Part shown: one piece after another, positions 7,557 to 16,922 of the stretch
How the letters are laid out: each line of letters opens with the position of its first letter
Numbering within the stretch: the stretch's first letter is position 1
Source: a virus
Lineage: Duplodnaviria > Caudoviricetes
Strand: one strand, 5' to 3'
Length of the DNA stretch: 36,399 bases
Virus record (IMG/VR): IMGVR_UViG_3300016667_000269
Span: 1-36,399 of that record
The notes under the pieces: generated by a model
Told to the model about the DNA's origin: nothing
The model's input: only the letters and a program-made list of their open reading frames with translations
The model's database searches: none
Made by a program: the position numbers and the translations under genes

Positions 7557-8506
7557 TTCTGCTCTTTGTCGCGCAGCAGATATGCAGCACCAGCAGAGCC
7601 TGCGCCAAGCAAGCCAAGCATTGGCAGGCTTGCCCTGCCTAGTAGGTCGTTGTCGTTGACTCGGGCTGGGTCAAAGGCGGCGAAGCGGGAGCGGAGCGTC
7701 TGAGGCTTCAGCGTTGCAACAACCGTAGACGGATCGCCTCGGCCAAGCGTTGTCAGGCCAGGGTCTCTCATGTTCTTGAACAGCACAGAGTCGGCTTTAG
7801 CTATTCTGGCTTCTTTAAGAGCCTGCTGCACAAATGGAGCTTCGTAGCCACGGCCTGCCATCTCCCACACTTCAGGATCTTGCAGCCTGATCTTCAGCGG
7901 AATGATGTTTGCGCCTTCTTCATAGTGCCGAGCGACCTGCCCTTGGTTGTTGTAATACGGCCCCGCTACAAACTCATTGGCGACCGATGGTTTGGTGCTG
8001 GAAAACACGGCCTTTTCTGTTTTGGTCACAGTTGAACCTGTACCAGCTTTAGACAAGTCGAAGCGAGGAAAATCGCGGGCCGTACCGTGGTAAACATCAG
8101 CATCAGCAAACCCCAACGCCTTCGCCCGATCCATCGGCGTGTTGTTCTCAGGCAGGCCAAGCATCTTCACGCCGTTGATACGGGCTGTCTCTAGGGCTTC
8201 TTGGCGGGGATAGATTGCGTCTGCGACTTTCCCTGTCATCCCAACAGGCGCAAAGTTCATGACACTAGACAGGTACTTATCTGCCAGCAGGCCAAACGCT
8301 TGCGGGTTGGTGACTTTCAGCGGTTGCTTCGGGTCGGCAAAAGCCTGACGCTGCAACTCACCAACGCTGTTGAGGTCATCACGGGCTTTACCCATCGTTT
8401 GCTGGATTTCTCCAACAGGGTCAGACAGCAGACCACGCAGCCGCCGCTTTGCGCTGTCTCCAGCAGAATAGATTGCAGGCAAGACGCCTGAAAGAAGTCC
8501 ACTCAT
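7553..8506 (-). CDS. ADP-ribosyltransferase-like protein (ART-PolyVal-like domain)
   Basis: YHGT...F..FD, FSS....A..F, GAN.IP..I, DSV...N and ..P.Q.RSRFAAFDP motifs; Gly/Ala-rich hydrophobic termini. Confidence 0.7.
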   Translation of the reverse strand: MSGLLSGVLPAIYSAGDSAKRRLRGLLSDPVGEIQQTMGKARDDLNSVGELQRQAFADPKQPLKVTNPQAFGLLADKYLSSVMNFAPVGMTGKVADAIYPRQEALETARINGVKMLGLPENNTPMDRAKALGFADADVYHGTARDFPRFDLSKAGTGSTVTKTEKAVFSSTKPSVANEFVAGPYYNNQGQVARHYEEGANIIPLKIRLQDPEVWEMAGRGYEAPFVQQALKEARIAKADSVLFKNMRDPGLTTLGRGDPSTVVATLKPQTLRSRFAAFDPARVNDNDLLGRASLPMLGLLGAGSAGAAYLLRDKEQK

Positions 8507-8512
8507 TTGATT

Positions 8513-9682
8513 TCACCCAATCATTCCAATGTCGCAACGATGCCTCTCAACCTCGCCATGTTCAATGTGATGGATGATGGCTACCATGTCCCGCCCTGCC
8601 CTGTATCCATGCCCTGCGGCATAGGCATCTTTGGCGGCTAGTGTCCTGAAGCTCTCGCAGATAAGGCCGGGGTACTCACGCACGCTCTGGTGGTGAACGT
8701 GGCCCGTGTAGAAATAGCGGTGCTTGGTCTGTCCCCAATCCTCCGCACGGTCTGAGGCCATCACGCCCAAGAGCGCGTCATGCTTGACGGTATCGCCATG
8801 CGTTGCACCCAAAAGGACTTTGCCGAATCGGTAGAACCAGAACTTGCTCGGCGACAGGTCTACCTTGACTCGCGGCTCATTGCTGAAATAAGCATGAATC
8901 GTGAAAGCCAGCGCCCAGATTGCTTGCGGGTCATGGTTGCCTTGGACAAACCTGACGATGACCTCATCGTGCTTTTCCAGCGCCCGGATGATGGCGTGCC
9001 GGTATGTCTCGATACCAATTCCTAGAACCCGCACAAACCGGCTGTCAGCGTCCAACTGGTGCTTGTGTCCTGGCGTGACGTTGCTTTGGTCGTTGACGTG
9101 GAACACATCACCCAGCGGCAGAATCACGCAGGTTTTGCTCGGTGGGGTTGAACTCATCAGGCGGTCAACCGCGCCAAGGGTTAGCCTCTTTGCAATCTCG
9201 CTGTCAAAGTCATCCCCAGCTTCTGCGGCCCATGCATACATCCCGTGGTGCGGGTCGCCAATCGGGATAACAGTCAGGAGGTCTTTCAACGTGCCTTTTG
9301 GCTTGGAGACAAGAGGGCTAAGTCCTTTGACTTCTTCAGACAAAACCCTGACAGCCTCTTGCATCATCTCGGAGCGTTTCTGCTCATCAATGGATGACTT
9401 GACCCATTGGCCTTTCGGCTTGCCTTCTTGGTCGTAATAGGTTGACACGCCTTTGACGACAAACCCATCAGGGACGGGCTTGGTCATGTCATGCTCTGGA
9501 GAGACACCACGGATGGCTGCTTTCTTCCTGACATACTTCAGGCATTGCGCCACAAAGCTCTGAGCGCACTTGAGTTCTTTGGCGGCTTTGCGCTGGCTTC
9601 CATGCTTTTCAAAAGCCTGAAGCACCTCTAGCTGACGGACTGTGCAGAACTCATACAGGTGAGACAAGTCTTTCATGCTCAC
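8513..9682 (-). CDS. HTH-fused calcineurin-like metallophosphoesterase
   Basis: GDPHHG, GDVFH, GNHD, HGD and GHVHH metal motifs; N-terminal GSQRKAAKEL HTH. Confidence 0.85.
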   Translation of the reverse strand: MSMKDLSHLYEFCTVRQLEVLQAFEKHGSQRKAAKELKCAQSFVAQCLKYVRKKAAIRGVSPEHDMTKPVPDGFVVKGVSTYYDQEGKPKGQWVKSSIDEQKRSEMMQEAVRVLSEEVKGLSPLVSKPKGTLKDLLTVIPIGDPHHGMYAWAAEAGDDFDSEIAKRLTLGAVDRLMSSTPPSKTCVILPLGDVFHVNDQSNVTPGHKHQLDADSRFVRVLGIGIETYRHAIIRALEKHDEVIVRFVQGNHDPQAIWALAFTIHAYFSNEPRVKVDLSPSKFWFYRFGKVLLGATHGDTVKHDALLGVMASDRAEDWGQTKHRYFYTGHVHHQSVREYPGLICESFRTLAAKDAYAAGHGYRAGRDMVAIIHHIEHGEVERHRCDIGMIG

Positions 9683-10041
9683 CCCTTGGAAATGATCTTT
9701 TCCAGAACCGTGATGACGGAATGCTCTACCTGACCAATCATGGCTTCATCTCGCGACACCGCTGCCTCAATCAGAGGCCGCAGGAAGACATGGAGCATTT
9801 CATGCAGAGCCGTTGCATCTAGCGCATGGTCGGTTGGCTCTTGCATTCCCCACTGGCGAGACAGGCGATACATGGCAAGACGGTCTTCCAAGCTGATTGA
9901 TACTTCAGCCATGACGCCACGGGAAGCCTTGCCGCCGCCCTTCTCAATGCGCCAATCTTGCAGGTTTAGCTTGCTCTGCCACTTCTGAACATGGCGGTCA
10001 AATGTTGCTTCATGGTCATCCGTCAGAACAAACTTTTTCAT
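9679..10041 (-). CDS. HExxH zinc-metalloprotease-like protein
   Basis: ALHEMLHV motif with a downstream EH. Confidence 0.65.
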   Translation of the reverse strand: MKKFVLTDDHEATFDRHVQKWQSKLNLQDWRIEKGGGKASRGVMAEVSISLEDRLAMYRLSRQWGMQEPTDHALDATALHEMLHVFLRPLIEAAVSRDEAMIGQVEHSVITVLEKIISKG

Positions 10042-10043
10042 GC

Positions 10044-10499
10044 TTACTCCCTAGGCCAAGCCTGTTGATACATCAGCGAGTCGGAGGCGTGTCCGTCAGC
10101 AGCGCCTGCCATTTCTGCAAGTCGCTTTGAACACTGCTGGAATAGGTCTGAGACGGTTGTGACGTACTCGGGGTTGGTGCGCTCGGGATGGCTGGACAAC
10201 TCACGGCTAGCTGTTTCGAGCTGGACGCGCAGCCCGTCAAGGCTAGAGCGCAGGTCAGCAGCAGCGGCTTTAGCGGCCATTTCACGGCGCTTTGCAGAGT
10301 TGATTGCATCGTCTTTGTCCTTCTGGAATTGACGTTCACGGGTGATGGCAACTTGCTGTGCGGCCAACTTCTCAGCCTGGTAGTGGGCAACCAGTTCATT
10401 CGTGGCGTTCTTGTAGCCCTTCTGATAGAAGAACCACGCACCGGCCACCAAGGAAACCAGCAGGGCCAGCAAGGCAACAAGACGGGCAGCAAGGCTCAT
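10044..10499 (-). CDS. rz: Rz-like inner-membrane spanin
   Basis: N-terminal TM plus coiled coil; follows the endolysin. Confidence 0.8.
   Translation of the reverse strand: MSLAARLVALLALLVSLVAGAWFFYQKGYKNATNELVAHYQAEKLAAQQVAITRERQFQKDKDDAINSAKRREMAAKAAAADLRSSLDGLRVQLETASRELSSHPERTNPEYVTTVSDLFQQCSKRLAEMAGAADGHASDSLMYQQAWPRE
10073..10309 (-). CDS. rz1: Rz1-like outer-membrane lipoprotein spanin embedded in rz
   Basis: AAGGA SD, lipobox LTGC and Pro-rich mature part in an alternate frame. Confidence 0.75.
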   Translation of the reverse strand: MQSTLQSAVKWPLKPLLLTCALALTGCASSSKQLAVSCPAIPSAPTPSTSQPSQTYSSSVQSDLQKWQALLTDTPPTR

Positions 10500-10975
10500 A
10501 CAAGCGTCCCTCCTGCCTTTTGATAGGCATTGGTCAAATAGGCCAGCTTCTGGGTTGGTTGGCCGTAGGTGTTTCCAGGCAAACTAGCCCAAATGTTGGA
10601 TACCTTGGCGATAGCCGTTGTGATTCGGCCTGCGTCTATGTCATCAAGTGCCCTGCGTTCCTTGATTTGCTGGATGGCAATAGCGTCTTGTGATCGAGGG
10701 GAGAAATCAAACAGGCCAAGCCTCTTTTTGTAGAAGTCAAAGTACCTGCCAAGCAATTGATACCGGCCTGCTGCGGTGGACGGAATTACTTTGCCGCCAA
10801 AGTTGACCTCAATCAGACGCCGAGGATGGTCTGAGTAGTCATCAAACAGGATGGGTCTTGCTGGAGTTGATCCAACTATGACTTTGTAGCCGTTGTCTGT
10901 TTCAGGAATAGCAAGCAATTTCGGGCCAATTTCGCTCCAAGCAATCATGTCAAGGAAGGCTTGCCGATTGCTCAT
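10496..10975 (-). CDS. Endolysin, lambda R-type lytic transglycosylase
   Basis: AFLDMIAWSE, YSDHP, STAAGRYQ, FSP.SQD and WASLPG motifs. Confidence 0.92.
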   Translation of the reverse strand: MSNRQAFLDMIAWSEIGPKLLAIPETDNGYKVIVGSTPARPILFDDYSDHPRRLIEVNFGGKVIPSTAAGRYQLLGRYFDFYKKRLGLFDFSPRSQDAIAIQQIKERRALDDIDAGRITTAIAKVSNIWASLPGNTYGQPTQKLAYLTNAYQKAGGTLV

Positions 10976-11214
10976 TTGTATTTCCTGCCCACCTCAAGCG
11001 CATAGCCTGCGGCGCATACAGATAACCAAGTGATTGAGCTGGAGACTGTTTGCATCTTGCAAACCTCATAGGCCAGCCCAAGAGCGCCTATGCATATCCC
11101 TGTGAGGCAGATTCGCTCCAGCAGGGTGTCATCAAAGTCAGGGTGAAATACTGCAACGCCTGAGAGTGTTGAAACCACTACCAAGCAAGCAATGGTTAGA
11201 TATGTGTCCATCAC
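10972..11214 (-). CDS. Holin or antiholin-like membrane protein
   Basis: 2-3 TM segments, located between holin and endolysin. Confidence 0.6.
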   Translation of the reverse strand: MMDTYLTIACLVVVSTLSGVAVFHPDFDDTLLERICLTGICIGALGLAYEVCKMQTVSSSITWLSVCAAGYALEVGRKYK

Positions 11215-11525
11215 GACCCCAATTTGCGTTTGACAGCTTCAATCAGTGCAGCCCAAAGCTCAACAATCGGTGTGGCTTGGATCATTTCCCAGACCTTGGC
11301 GCAGATAGCCATGCCAAACAGGCCAAGCAGGAAGCCGCATAAGCCCTCTGGAAGCCCTGTTTTGATAGATGCCCAAGGAGCGCCATAGAAGCTAATGACA
11401 GAGCCTCCAAACGCCATTACGATTCGCTCAGGCCAAGAACCTTGGATGAACTTGAGCGATAGAAACGCACCGGCAAAGCCTGCGAATTTGGTTGCTAGTA
11501 CGTCGAGCGAGTCTGGACTTGTCAT
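11211..11525 (-). CDS. Holin
   Basis: Three hydrophobic segments and a basic C-terminus; first gene of the lysis cassette. Confidence 0.7.
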   Translation of the reverse strand: MTSPDSLDVLATKFAGFAGAFLSLKFIQGSWPERIVMAFGGSVISFYGAPWASIKTGLPEGLCGFLLGLFGMAICAKVWEMIQATPIVELWAALIEAVKRKLGS

Positions 11526-11545
11526 TTTTTCTTCCCTGGCGGCGT

Positions 11546-11567
11546 AAAAAAACCCGCATGAGCGGGT
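11546..11567 (-). terminator. Intrinsic terminator just before the lysis cassette
   Basis: ACCCGC-TCAT-GCGGG hairpin followed by T7 on the minus strand. Confidence 0.75.
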
Positions 11568-11670
11568 CTAAACGGACGCGCCGTGGGTCAGGCACATCCT
11601 AAGAACGGATTGATATAAATCAACTTTTTTCGTTGTGTATCAAACTAGATGTGACCCGGTGAAAAGAAGT

Positions 11671-11799
11671 TTAGATACCGACCCAAATACCTACCATCAT
11701 TGCCCCGGCGATCAGTACCGGTGTGGCAAGGCTGATAATTTGGGCCGATGCAGCGTTACCGCCGAACTGGACGCCGTTGTCTGAAAGTGTAGATGCCAT
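11671..11799 (-). pseudogene. Short ORF, possibly a decayed tail-fibre-associated gene
   Basis: AAGGA SD; MASTLSDNGVQFGG..., stops after 42 aa. Confidence 0.35.
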
Positions 11800-11808
11800 G
11801 GCGTGTCC

Positions 11809-13344
11809 TTATGCGACTCGGGTGATGGTGAACATAAAACGGGGCGCGCTAGATGTGCCTGCGTTTGTATGTGGTCGGATGATTGATCCAGCCGCAAGGT
11901 ATCCGGTCCAAGCCAAAGCCCCTGCCGACCCTGCCGCAGGAGAATCGCAGAATTGCAAAACTTCGGAAACAGCAACAGCAGCAGCAGCAGAGCTCAGAGT
12001 GCCTGCCGATTCGTTGAGTGTGACGGCAAAACCTTCGGATGCGCCAGCGGAGAATGTGAAACTGATTGCATAAACACCGGCAGTATTGATTGTGAATGAA
12101 GACCCAAGTGTTGCAGAATCTGCGTAAGTGATGTCATTGCCTTGATTGGCACGGATATTCGTGAATCGCGGGATGCGGGTGTTTGTTGATCCGTACCCGT
12201 TTTGCGTATCCAACCGCACCATGCTCGTACCTAAAAACTTAGGTTGTCCACCAGATCCTTGAATTGTGCTTGGTGCCGTTGCCCAAGTGCCAGCAGTTGC
12301 CTGTGTGCTGCGTACTATGCCAATAACTCGATATGCAACATTAGTTCTTGCTGTTGTGCTGTAAATGGTGCTAATACTGTCTGCAGCACCTGCACCACCT
12401 TCAGCGGTTGTGCTAATCACACCAGTCTCTGACAAGTCAACACCGCCAGCAAGATTTACAGCGGCAAGTTCAATTGTCCCTGCGTTATTGATTGCCAAAA
12501 CGGCAATGTCAGATTGAACAGCATTAGTAGTTCCAAGAGTTGAACCGCTTGAAATAACCAAGTTTGCAGGAGTGCCAGATACTGTTGTGACAGTACCGCT
12601 TCCCAGAGTTGTGCTGCGGAAATCTAAAGACAACGCTGATGCACTAATTGTCAAAGCGTTACTGCCAACAGAAGCACTAATTGATTGAATCTGCTTAATC
12701 CCCGTCAATTTCGATCCATCAACAGCAGGCAGTTTCCCAGAGCTATCAAGTTGAACAAGGTTGTTTGCTGCCGTGCCAACCGCATAGATACCAACCCCAC
12801 CAGATGCTTTTTGGTAGGCAAGCACAGTCCATCCGTCAGCCGTACCGCTTGAGGTTGATTTCGGGATTGCGATACAAGTATCACCAGCCGCAGTCGTGAT
12901 GTTTGCGGCACCAGGCAAGATCAGCGTTGTTGCGTTGTGCGTCAGGGTCAAAGCACCTGAGAAGCGCAGCATTTTCGGCCCGTTGTAGTTGGTGCCAAAG
13001 CTGGTGATAGTGGTGGTTCCAGTGACTGTCAGGAAGTTGGTGTTCTGAGCGCCAATGTCAACCGTTGCGGCAGACGCAATGTCAATCGGTGCGCCTTGGC
13101 TGAACAATTGCTCAAAACGTACTGAGTCACCGCTTGCCGAACCTGCTCCAAGGCCGGTGAACTTGTAGCCACCCATCTTGAGGTTTGCAATAGGCGTAGA
13201 TTGACCGTCTTTGCACAACGCATTGGTCAGCGCGGTAGCAATGTCCGACAGCGTTGAGTTAGCCCAAGTTGAGCTAATAGACGTTCCGGTGACTACCGGA
13301 TTGCCAGAGGGGAGAGAGTAGGCACCGCTACCGTTAAAGCTCAT
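11809..13344 (-). CDS. Tail fibre / receptor-binding protein
   Basis: Podovirus anchor N-terminus (MSFNGSG.YSLP.GNPVV.GT.ISSTWAN), G/S/T-rich shaft and a beta-sandwich-like C-terminus. Confidence 0.85.
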   Translation of the reverse strand: MSFNGSGAYSLPSGNPVVTGTSISSTWANSTLSDIATALTNALCKDGQSTPIANLKMGGYKFTGLGAGSASGDSVRFEQLFSQGAPIDIASAATVDIGAQNTNFLTVTGTTTITSFGTNYNGPKMLRFSGALTLTHNATTLILPGAANITTAAGDTCIAIPKSTSSGTADGWTVLAYQKASGGVGIYAVGTAANNLVQLDSSGKLPAVDGSKLTGIKQIQSISASVGSNALTISASALSLDFRSTTLGSGTVTTVSGTPANLVISSGSTLGTTNAVQSDIAVLAINNAGTIELAAVNLAGGVDLSETGVISTTAEGGAGAADSISTIYSTTARTNVAYRVIGIVRSTQATAGTWATAPSTIQGSGGQPKFLGTSMVRLDTQNGYGSTNTRIPRFTNIRANQGNDITYADSATLGSSFTINTAGVYAISFTFSAGASEGFAVTLNESAGTLSSAAAAVAVSEVLQFCDSPAAGSAGALAWTGYLAAGSIIRPHTNAGTSSAPRFMFTITRVA

Positions 13345-13363
13345 TTGATGCTCCTATGAAAGC

Positions 13364-13401
13364 AAAAAGCCGCTTGCATTGCTGCACAGCGGCTCTAAAA
13401 T
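13364..13401. terminator. Minus-strand terminator overlapping a plus-strand promoter
   Basis: AGCCGC...GCGGCT hairpin with a T run on the minus strand; TTGCAT-16-TAAAAT on the plus strand. Confidence 0.55.
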
Positions 13402-13407
13402 TGGTTG

Positions 13408-13653
13408 ATGGAAGACGTTTTACGCGCCTTGGCTACACCTTTGGGCGTTATCTTTTACTCTTGCTTGTTCGCTTACTTAGCGCAACGCGCTCGCGCCCGT
13501 GCTGCCAGAGGTGAGCGCAGCACCCGAGAGAAGTTTCGAGAGAAGCTCTATGTCTTGGGGGTTCATCTTGGTCGGAAGGTTTCCAGAAAGCGACTGAGTA
13601 GCACGCATCTGGTTACTGACGCCACTGCGAAGCGCATTAGCAAGACCGATTGA
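13408..13653 (+). CDS. Antisense small membrane protein (candidate moron)
   Basis: Own promoter, N-terminal TM and basic tail; overlaps the 3' end of the ejection gene. Confidence 0.4.
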   Translation: MEDVLRALATPLGVIFYSCLFAYLAQRARARAARGERSTREKFREKLYVLGVHLGRKVSRKRLSSTHLVTDATAKRISKTD

Positions 13654-15540
13654 AGTAGGAACGCCCGGGATTTTTGAAGCAAGGCTTGTGATAGCACCCC
13701 AATTACCAGAGGTGTTTGGCATCCGACCCACAGGTACGCTTTCAATATAAGCACCAACCCGAGTCAGGCTCTGGATTTGAGCGACTTCTTCAGGCGAGAA
13801 GAACGCACCCAATTTGCCATCACCAATCTCACGCAAAGCCTTGGATAGTTGTGCTGGATTGATCTTTGCATCACCAGCCGGGTTTTCCCCAAACGCCATA
13901 CGCTGCAAGTAAGCGCCGATCTGTGACCGTGCTTCTGAGAAAGCGTCTGGATTGTTCTGCCGCAGAATGTCTGCCAACTTCTTGACCTGCTCTGTCTGAG
14001 CGTTCTTGCTGACAATGAACGACTGGACAAACGTATCAGGATTGACACGACCAGATGCAGACGCTTCCAGAGCTGGGACGGCATCTTGCAGCTTGAACCG
14101 GCTTGCAGCAGCAGCCCTAGCACCTGAGAAAACATCATCTGCACCGCCCTCTTGGGTGACAGCGCGTTTGACAGCATTACGCAACGCATCCAATGCTTTG
14201 TTGGTGCTTGGATCATTGCTGACGTTGGCATTGATGACTTTTAGCAGGCGGTCTGCTTCTTCAACCGTAAACAGCTTGCGCTGCGTCATGTCGCCGCCAG
14301 GTGCAATGCCGTATTTTTTGAACTGGTTGATAACACCAGACGGAACTTTGTCTCCAAAGTCATCCAATACGGTTGCAAAGTCTTGGGCGATGCCTTGCAG
14401 CGGAACCTCAACGTCCTTGCCCGCGGCATTTCGTGCAGTCTTGTAGGCGTCAGAAACTGCTTTTGACAGTTTGTCGTCGTACTCACGCAAAGCACCAACC
14501 AACTTGCCGCCTGCTTCTTGGGTAGAAGATGCGCCAGCACCGTATGCGCCAAACTTTTGACGCAGCAAACGGCCCTGATCTGCCAATCGAGCGGAGATTT
14601 CGTCACCGATACCGGGCAACTGAGATGCATTGCGCTCAAACGCCCATTGACCAGGCTCACGGGTCGCCTGCCCCGTTAGGAACGGGATGCCAGTACGCCT
14701 GAAGTCATTTGCTCGGGCAATAGATGCAGGGTCTTTACCAGCATTCGCGGCGGCGGCTAGCTTTACCTGCTCAAACAGACCTTGGCGCTCTTTTGCCGCC
14801 ATTGCAGACCAATCCATGCCCATATCACGGGCATATTCTTCAGTCGCACGCATGATGATGGTGTCATCTGGTTTACGCATACCAGACAACTTGGTGCCAA
14901 CCCAATCACCAATCTTGCCAAGCACAGGCGTAGCAACCGCACCAGTTGCAGCACCCAAGGCAACTTGACCCGCCTTGGTTCCAACAAAGTCCGGGTTTTG
15001 TTGGGTGTCAACCGGAGTCAAAGCACCACCAGTTGCACCAAGCAAGCCGCCTTGGAAGATACGCATTCCAGTGGATGCAGCGGCTGGGAATTTGGTTGCA
15101 ATAGCTGCGTTTGCTGGACTTGCAATGTTTCCGAGCAAACGGCCACCATCAAATCCTGGCCCTTCTTTGCTGGTTGCAGTAGCGCGTCGAGCTTTTTCGT
15201 ATTCAGCTTCGTTTTCGCTGATGCCTTGATCAACTCGCTTGGCTTCTGATCCAAAAAACTCGGAGACAGGATTAGGCGCAAGGCCACCAACAGAAGTCAC
15301 AAACTCCAAGCCGCGAGGCAGCAATTGAGCGCCAGCATCAATGGGGTCACGCATACCCTGAACAACTCGCATTGGCAAAGAAGATTGAATCTTCTGCCGT
15401 GTCGTCGGCTGCTCTTGCGGAGCTTCAGTGCCAGAACGCAACGAACGATAAGCCTCTGCAACCGTCTCAAAGTCAGGCGTGCCGCGCTTGTCTTCGTTGG
15501 CAATCAGCCACTGAGCGTATTGCTCAACTTTGTCGCTCAT
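13477..15540 (-). CDS. Large ejection / DNA transfer protein (P22 gp16-like position)
   Basis: Gly/Ala-rich hydrophobic stretches, helical; last of three ejection genes. Confidence 0.7.
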   Translation of the reverse strand: MSDKVEQYAQWLIANEDKRGTPDFETVAEAYRSLRSGTEAPQEQPTTRQKIQSSLPMRVVQGMRDPIDAGAQLLPRGLEFVTSVGGLAPNPVSEFFGSEAKRVDQGISENEAEYEKARRATATSKEGPGFDGGRLLGNIASPANAAIATKFPAAASTGMRIFQGGLLGATGGALTPVDTQQNPDFVGTKAGQVALGAATGAVATPVLGKIGDWVGTKLSGMRKPDDTIIMRATEEYARDMGMDWSAMAAKERQGLFEQVKLAAAANAGKDPASIARANDFRRTGIPFLTGQATREPGQWAFERNASQLPGIGDEISARLADQGRLLRQKFGAYGAGASSTQEAGGKLVGALREYDDKLSKAVSDAYKTARNAAGKDVEVPLQGIAQDFATVLDDFGDKVPSGVINQFKKYGIAPGGDMTQRKLFTVEEADRLLKVINANVSNDPSTNKALDALRNAVKRAVTQEGGADDVFSGARAAAASRFKLQDAVPALEASASGRVNPDTFVQSFIVSKNAQTEQVKKLADILRQNNPDAFSEARSQIGAYLQRMAFGENPAGDAKINPAQLSKALREIGDGKLGAFFSPEEVAQIQSLTRVGAYIESVPVGRMPNTSGNWGAITSLASKIPGVPTSIGLANALRSGVSNQMRATQSLSGNLPTKMNPQDIELLSKLLSGAALTSGSTGASALR

Positions 15541-16922
15541 TACTTTTTGCCTCCGATGATTGCATCAGCTCGGTTCAAAAGATTGCCTCTTGCATTGGTT
15601 GCAGGCATAGGAATGTTGACGACAGGGTTCTTGACGTAGAAGTCAGCAACGGCATCAAAGAAGTTGTCATCAATCACGCCACCGTTTTTCTTGGCGTATT
15701 CACGCTGGAACTTGGCAAGCTCCAAATCACGCTGAAGCGCAGCTCGCATGGTGACCATGATTTGCTTGCGTCCCTCTGCGGTCTTGGACAAACTTGGGAC
15801 TTGCTTCAAGAAGTTCTCAAAGTCCTTGTCAGTCATTGGGCCGGTTCCAGGCTGACGCAGACTTCCTGCCATTTCACGAGACAAAGCCTCCGCAGCTTGT
15901 TTTGCGCCTAGCTTCGGATCAATTTTGATGCCAAGTGAATTTGCCAAAGAGGCAATATCTGCCAATGCTGGCGCAGCGGCACCGCCATCAACACCAGCAA
16001 GCAACTGTTCCATGCGATCCAACTGAGCCAATTTCTTTGGAACTTCGTAACCAGCTCGGGTAATGTCGCCGCGAATGTCGCCAAGCACTTTTCCGTAGCC
16101 TTTGGACTGCTCGTTTTCTTGGGTGTTGAAGTTCCTTGCATCAATCTTGGCTGCGCCTGCTGCACTAATCTTCGTTTTTGCATCCACAAGGGGTTGATTG
16201 ACTACTACGCCACCTTTTCCGTCTGGGATCACAATGTCCTTGTACGGATTGGCTTGCGGCGGTATGGCTGGGCCTGCCGGTTGAGCCGTATACGGGTTCA
16301 CCGGAGCGCCGTTAACAAACTCATTCTTGACAGGAGCCAAGCCACCCGTGCGGAATGTTGACTCTGGGTTAGAAGAATTGATGTCAACCCAGCCAACGCG
16401 TTTTGTGCCGTCAGCGTTAGGCAGTTCAACCTTTTCCCATTTAGCGGTTTTCGGCATGATTGAGCCGAGCAAAGCGCCGCCAGCTTGGTTCAGCATTGGA
16501 TTGCGAGAGGTTTGGGCAATACGCAAAGCCTCAACCATGTCAGGGCCAGCAGCAGGCTTGACGGCGGCAGGCATGGCGTTGCCTTCGTCGTCGTTTTGAG
16601 TCAGAGGCTGGAAAGTCTGTGCAGGAGTCCCGCGCATTGCATCAATGAACTTTCCAACGTCTGCCACGCCTTCCTCACGGCGGCGCTCACCCAAGGCTTG
16701 GAAATCCTGCATGGCCTTACGCTCTTGTCCTGCACCGATCAATGCATTGGCAAGGCTTGATGCGTGCTGAGTCCAAGAAGGCGCAACGTAGCGGTTTCCG
16801 ACCATTTCACCTTTTGGCGGTGCGCTTTGTTGTTGTAGCGCCTGAGCAAATGCCATGCGGCGGCGAATCTGCTCTGCATCGGCGTCAAATGCGCCAGGTG
16901 CCATGAATGCGTCTTGTGCCAT
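15540..16922 (-). CDS. Ejection / DNA transfer protein (gp20-like position)
   Basis: Synteny; GxMTDKDFE motif; Ala/Gln-rich. Confidence 0.65.
   Translation of the reverse strand: MAQDAFMAPGAFDADAEQIRRRMAFAQALQQQSAPPKGEMVGNRYVAPSWTQHASSLANALIGAGQERKAMQDFQALGERRREEGVADVGKFIDAMRGTPAQTFQPLTQNDDEGNAMPAAVKPAAGPDMVEALRIAQTSRNPMLNQAGGALLGSIMPKTAKWEKVELPNADGTKRVGWVDINSSNPESTFRTGGLAPVKNEFVNGAPVNPYTAQPAGPAIPPQANPYKDIVIPDGKGGVVVNQPLVDAKTKISAAGAAKIDARNFNTQENEQSKGYGKVLGDIRGDITRAGYEVPKKLAQLDRMEQLLAGVDGGAAAPALADIASLANSLGIKIDPKLGAKQAAEALSREMAGSLRQPGTGPMTDKDFENFLKQVPSLSKTAEGRKQIMVTMRAALQRDLELAKFQREYAKKNGGVIDDNFFDAVADFYVKNPVVNIPMPATNARGNLLNRADAIIGGKK

Noticed and set aside
7381-7617. 78-aa minus-strand ORF from the track
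   Set aside because: An alternative frame (7401-7556) gives a coupled, plausible membrane protein instead.
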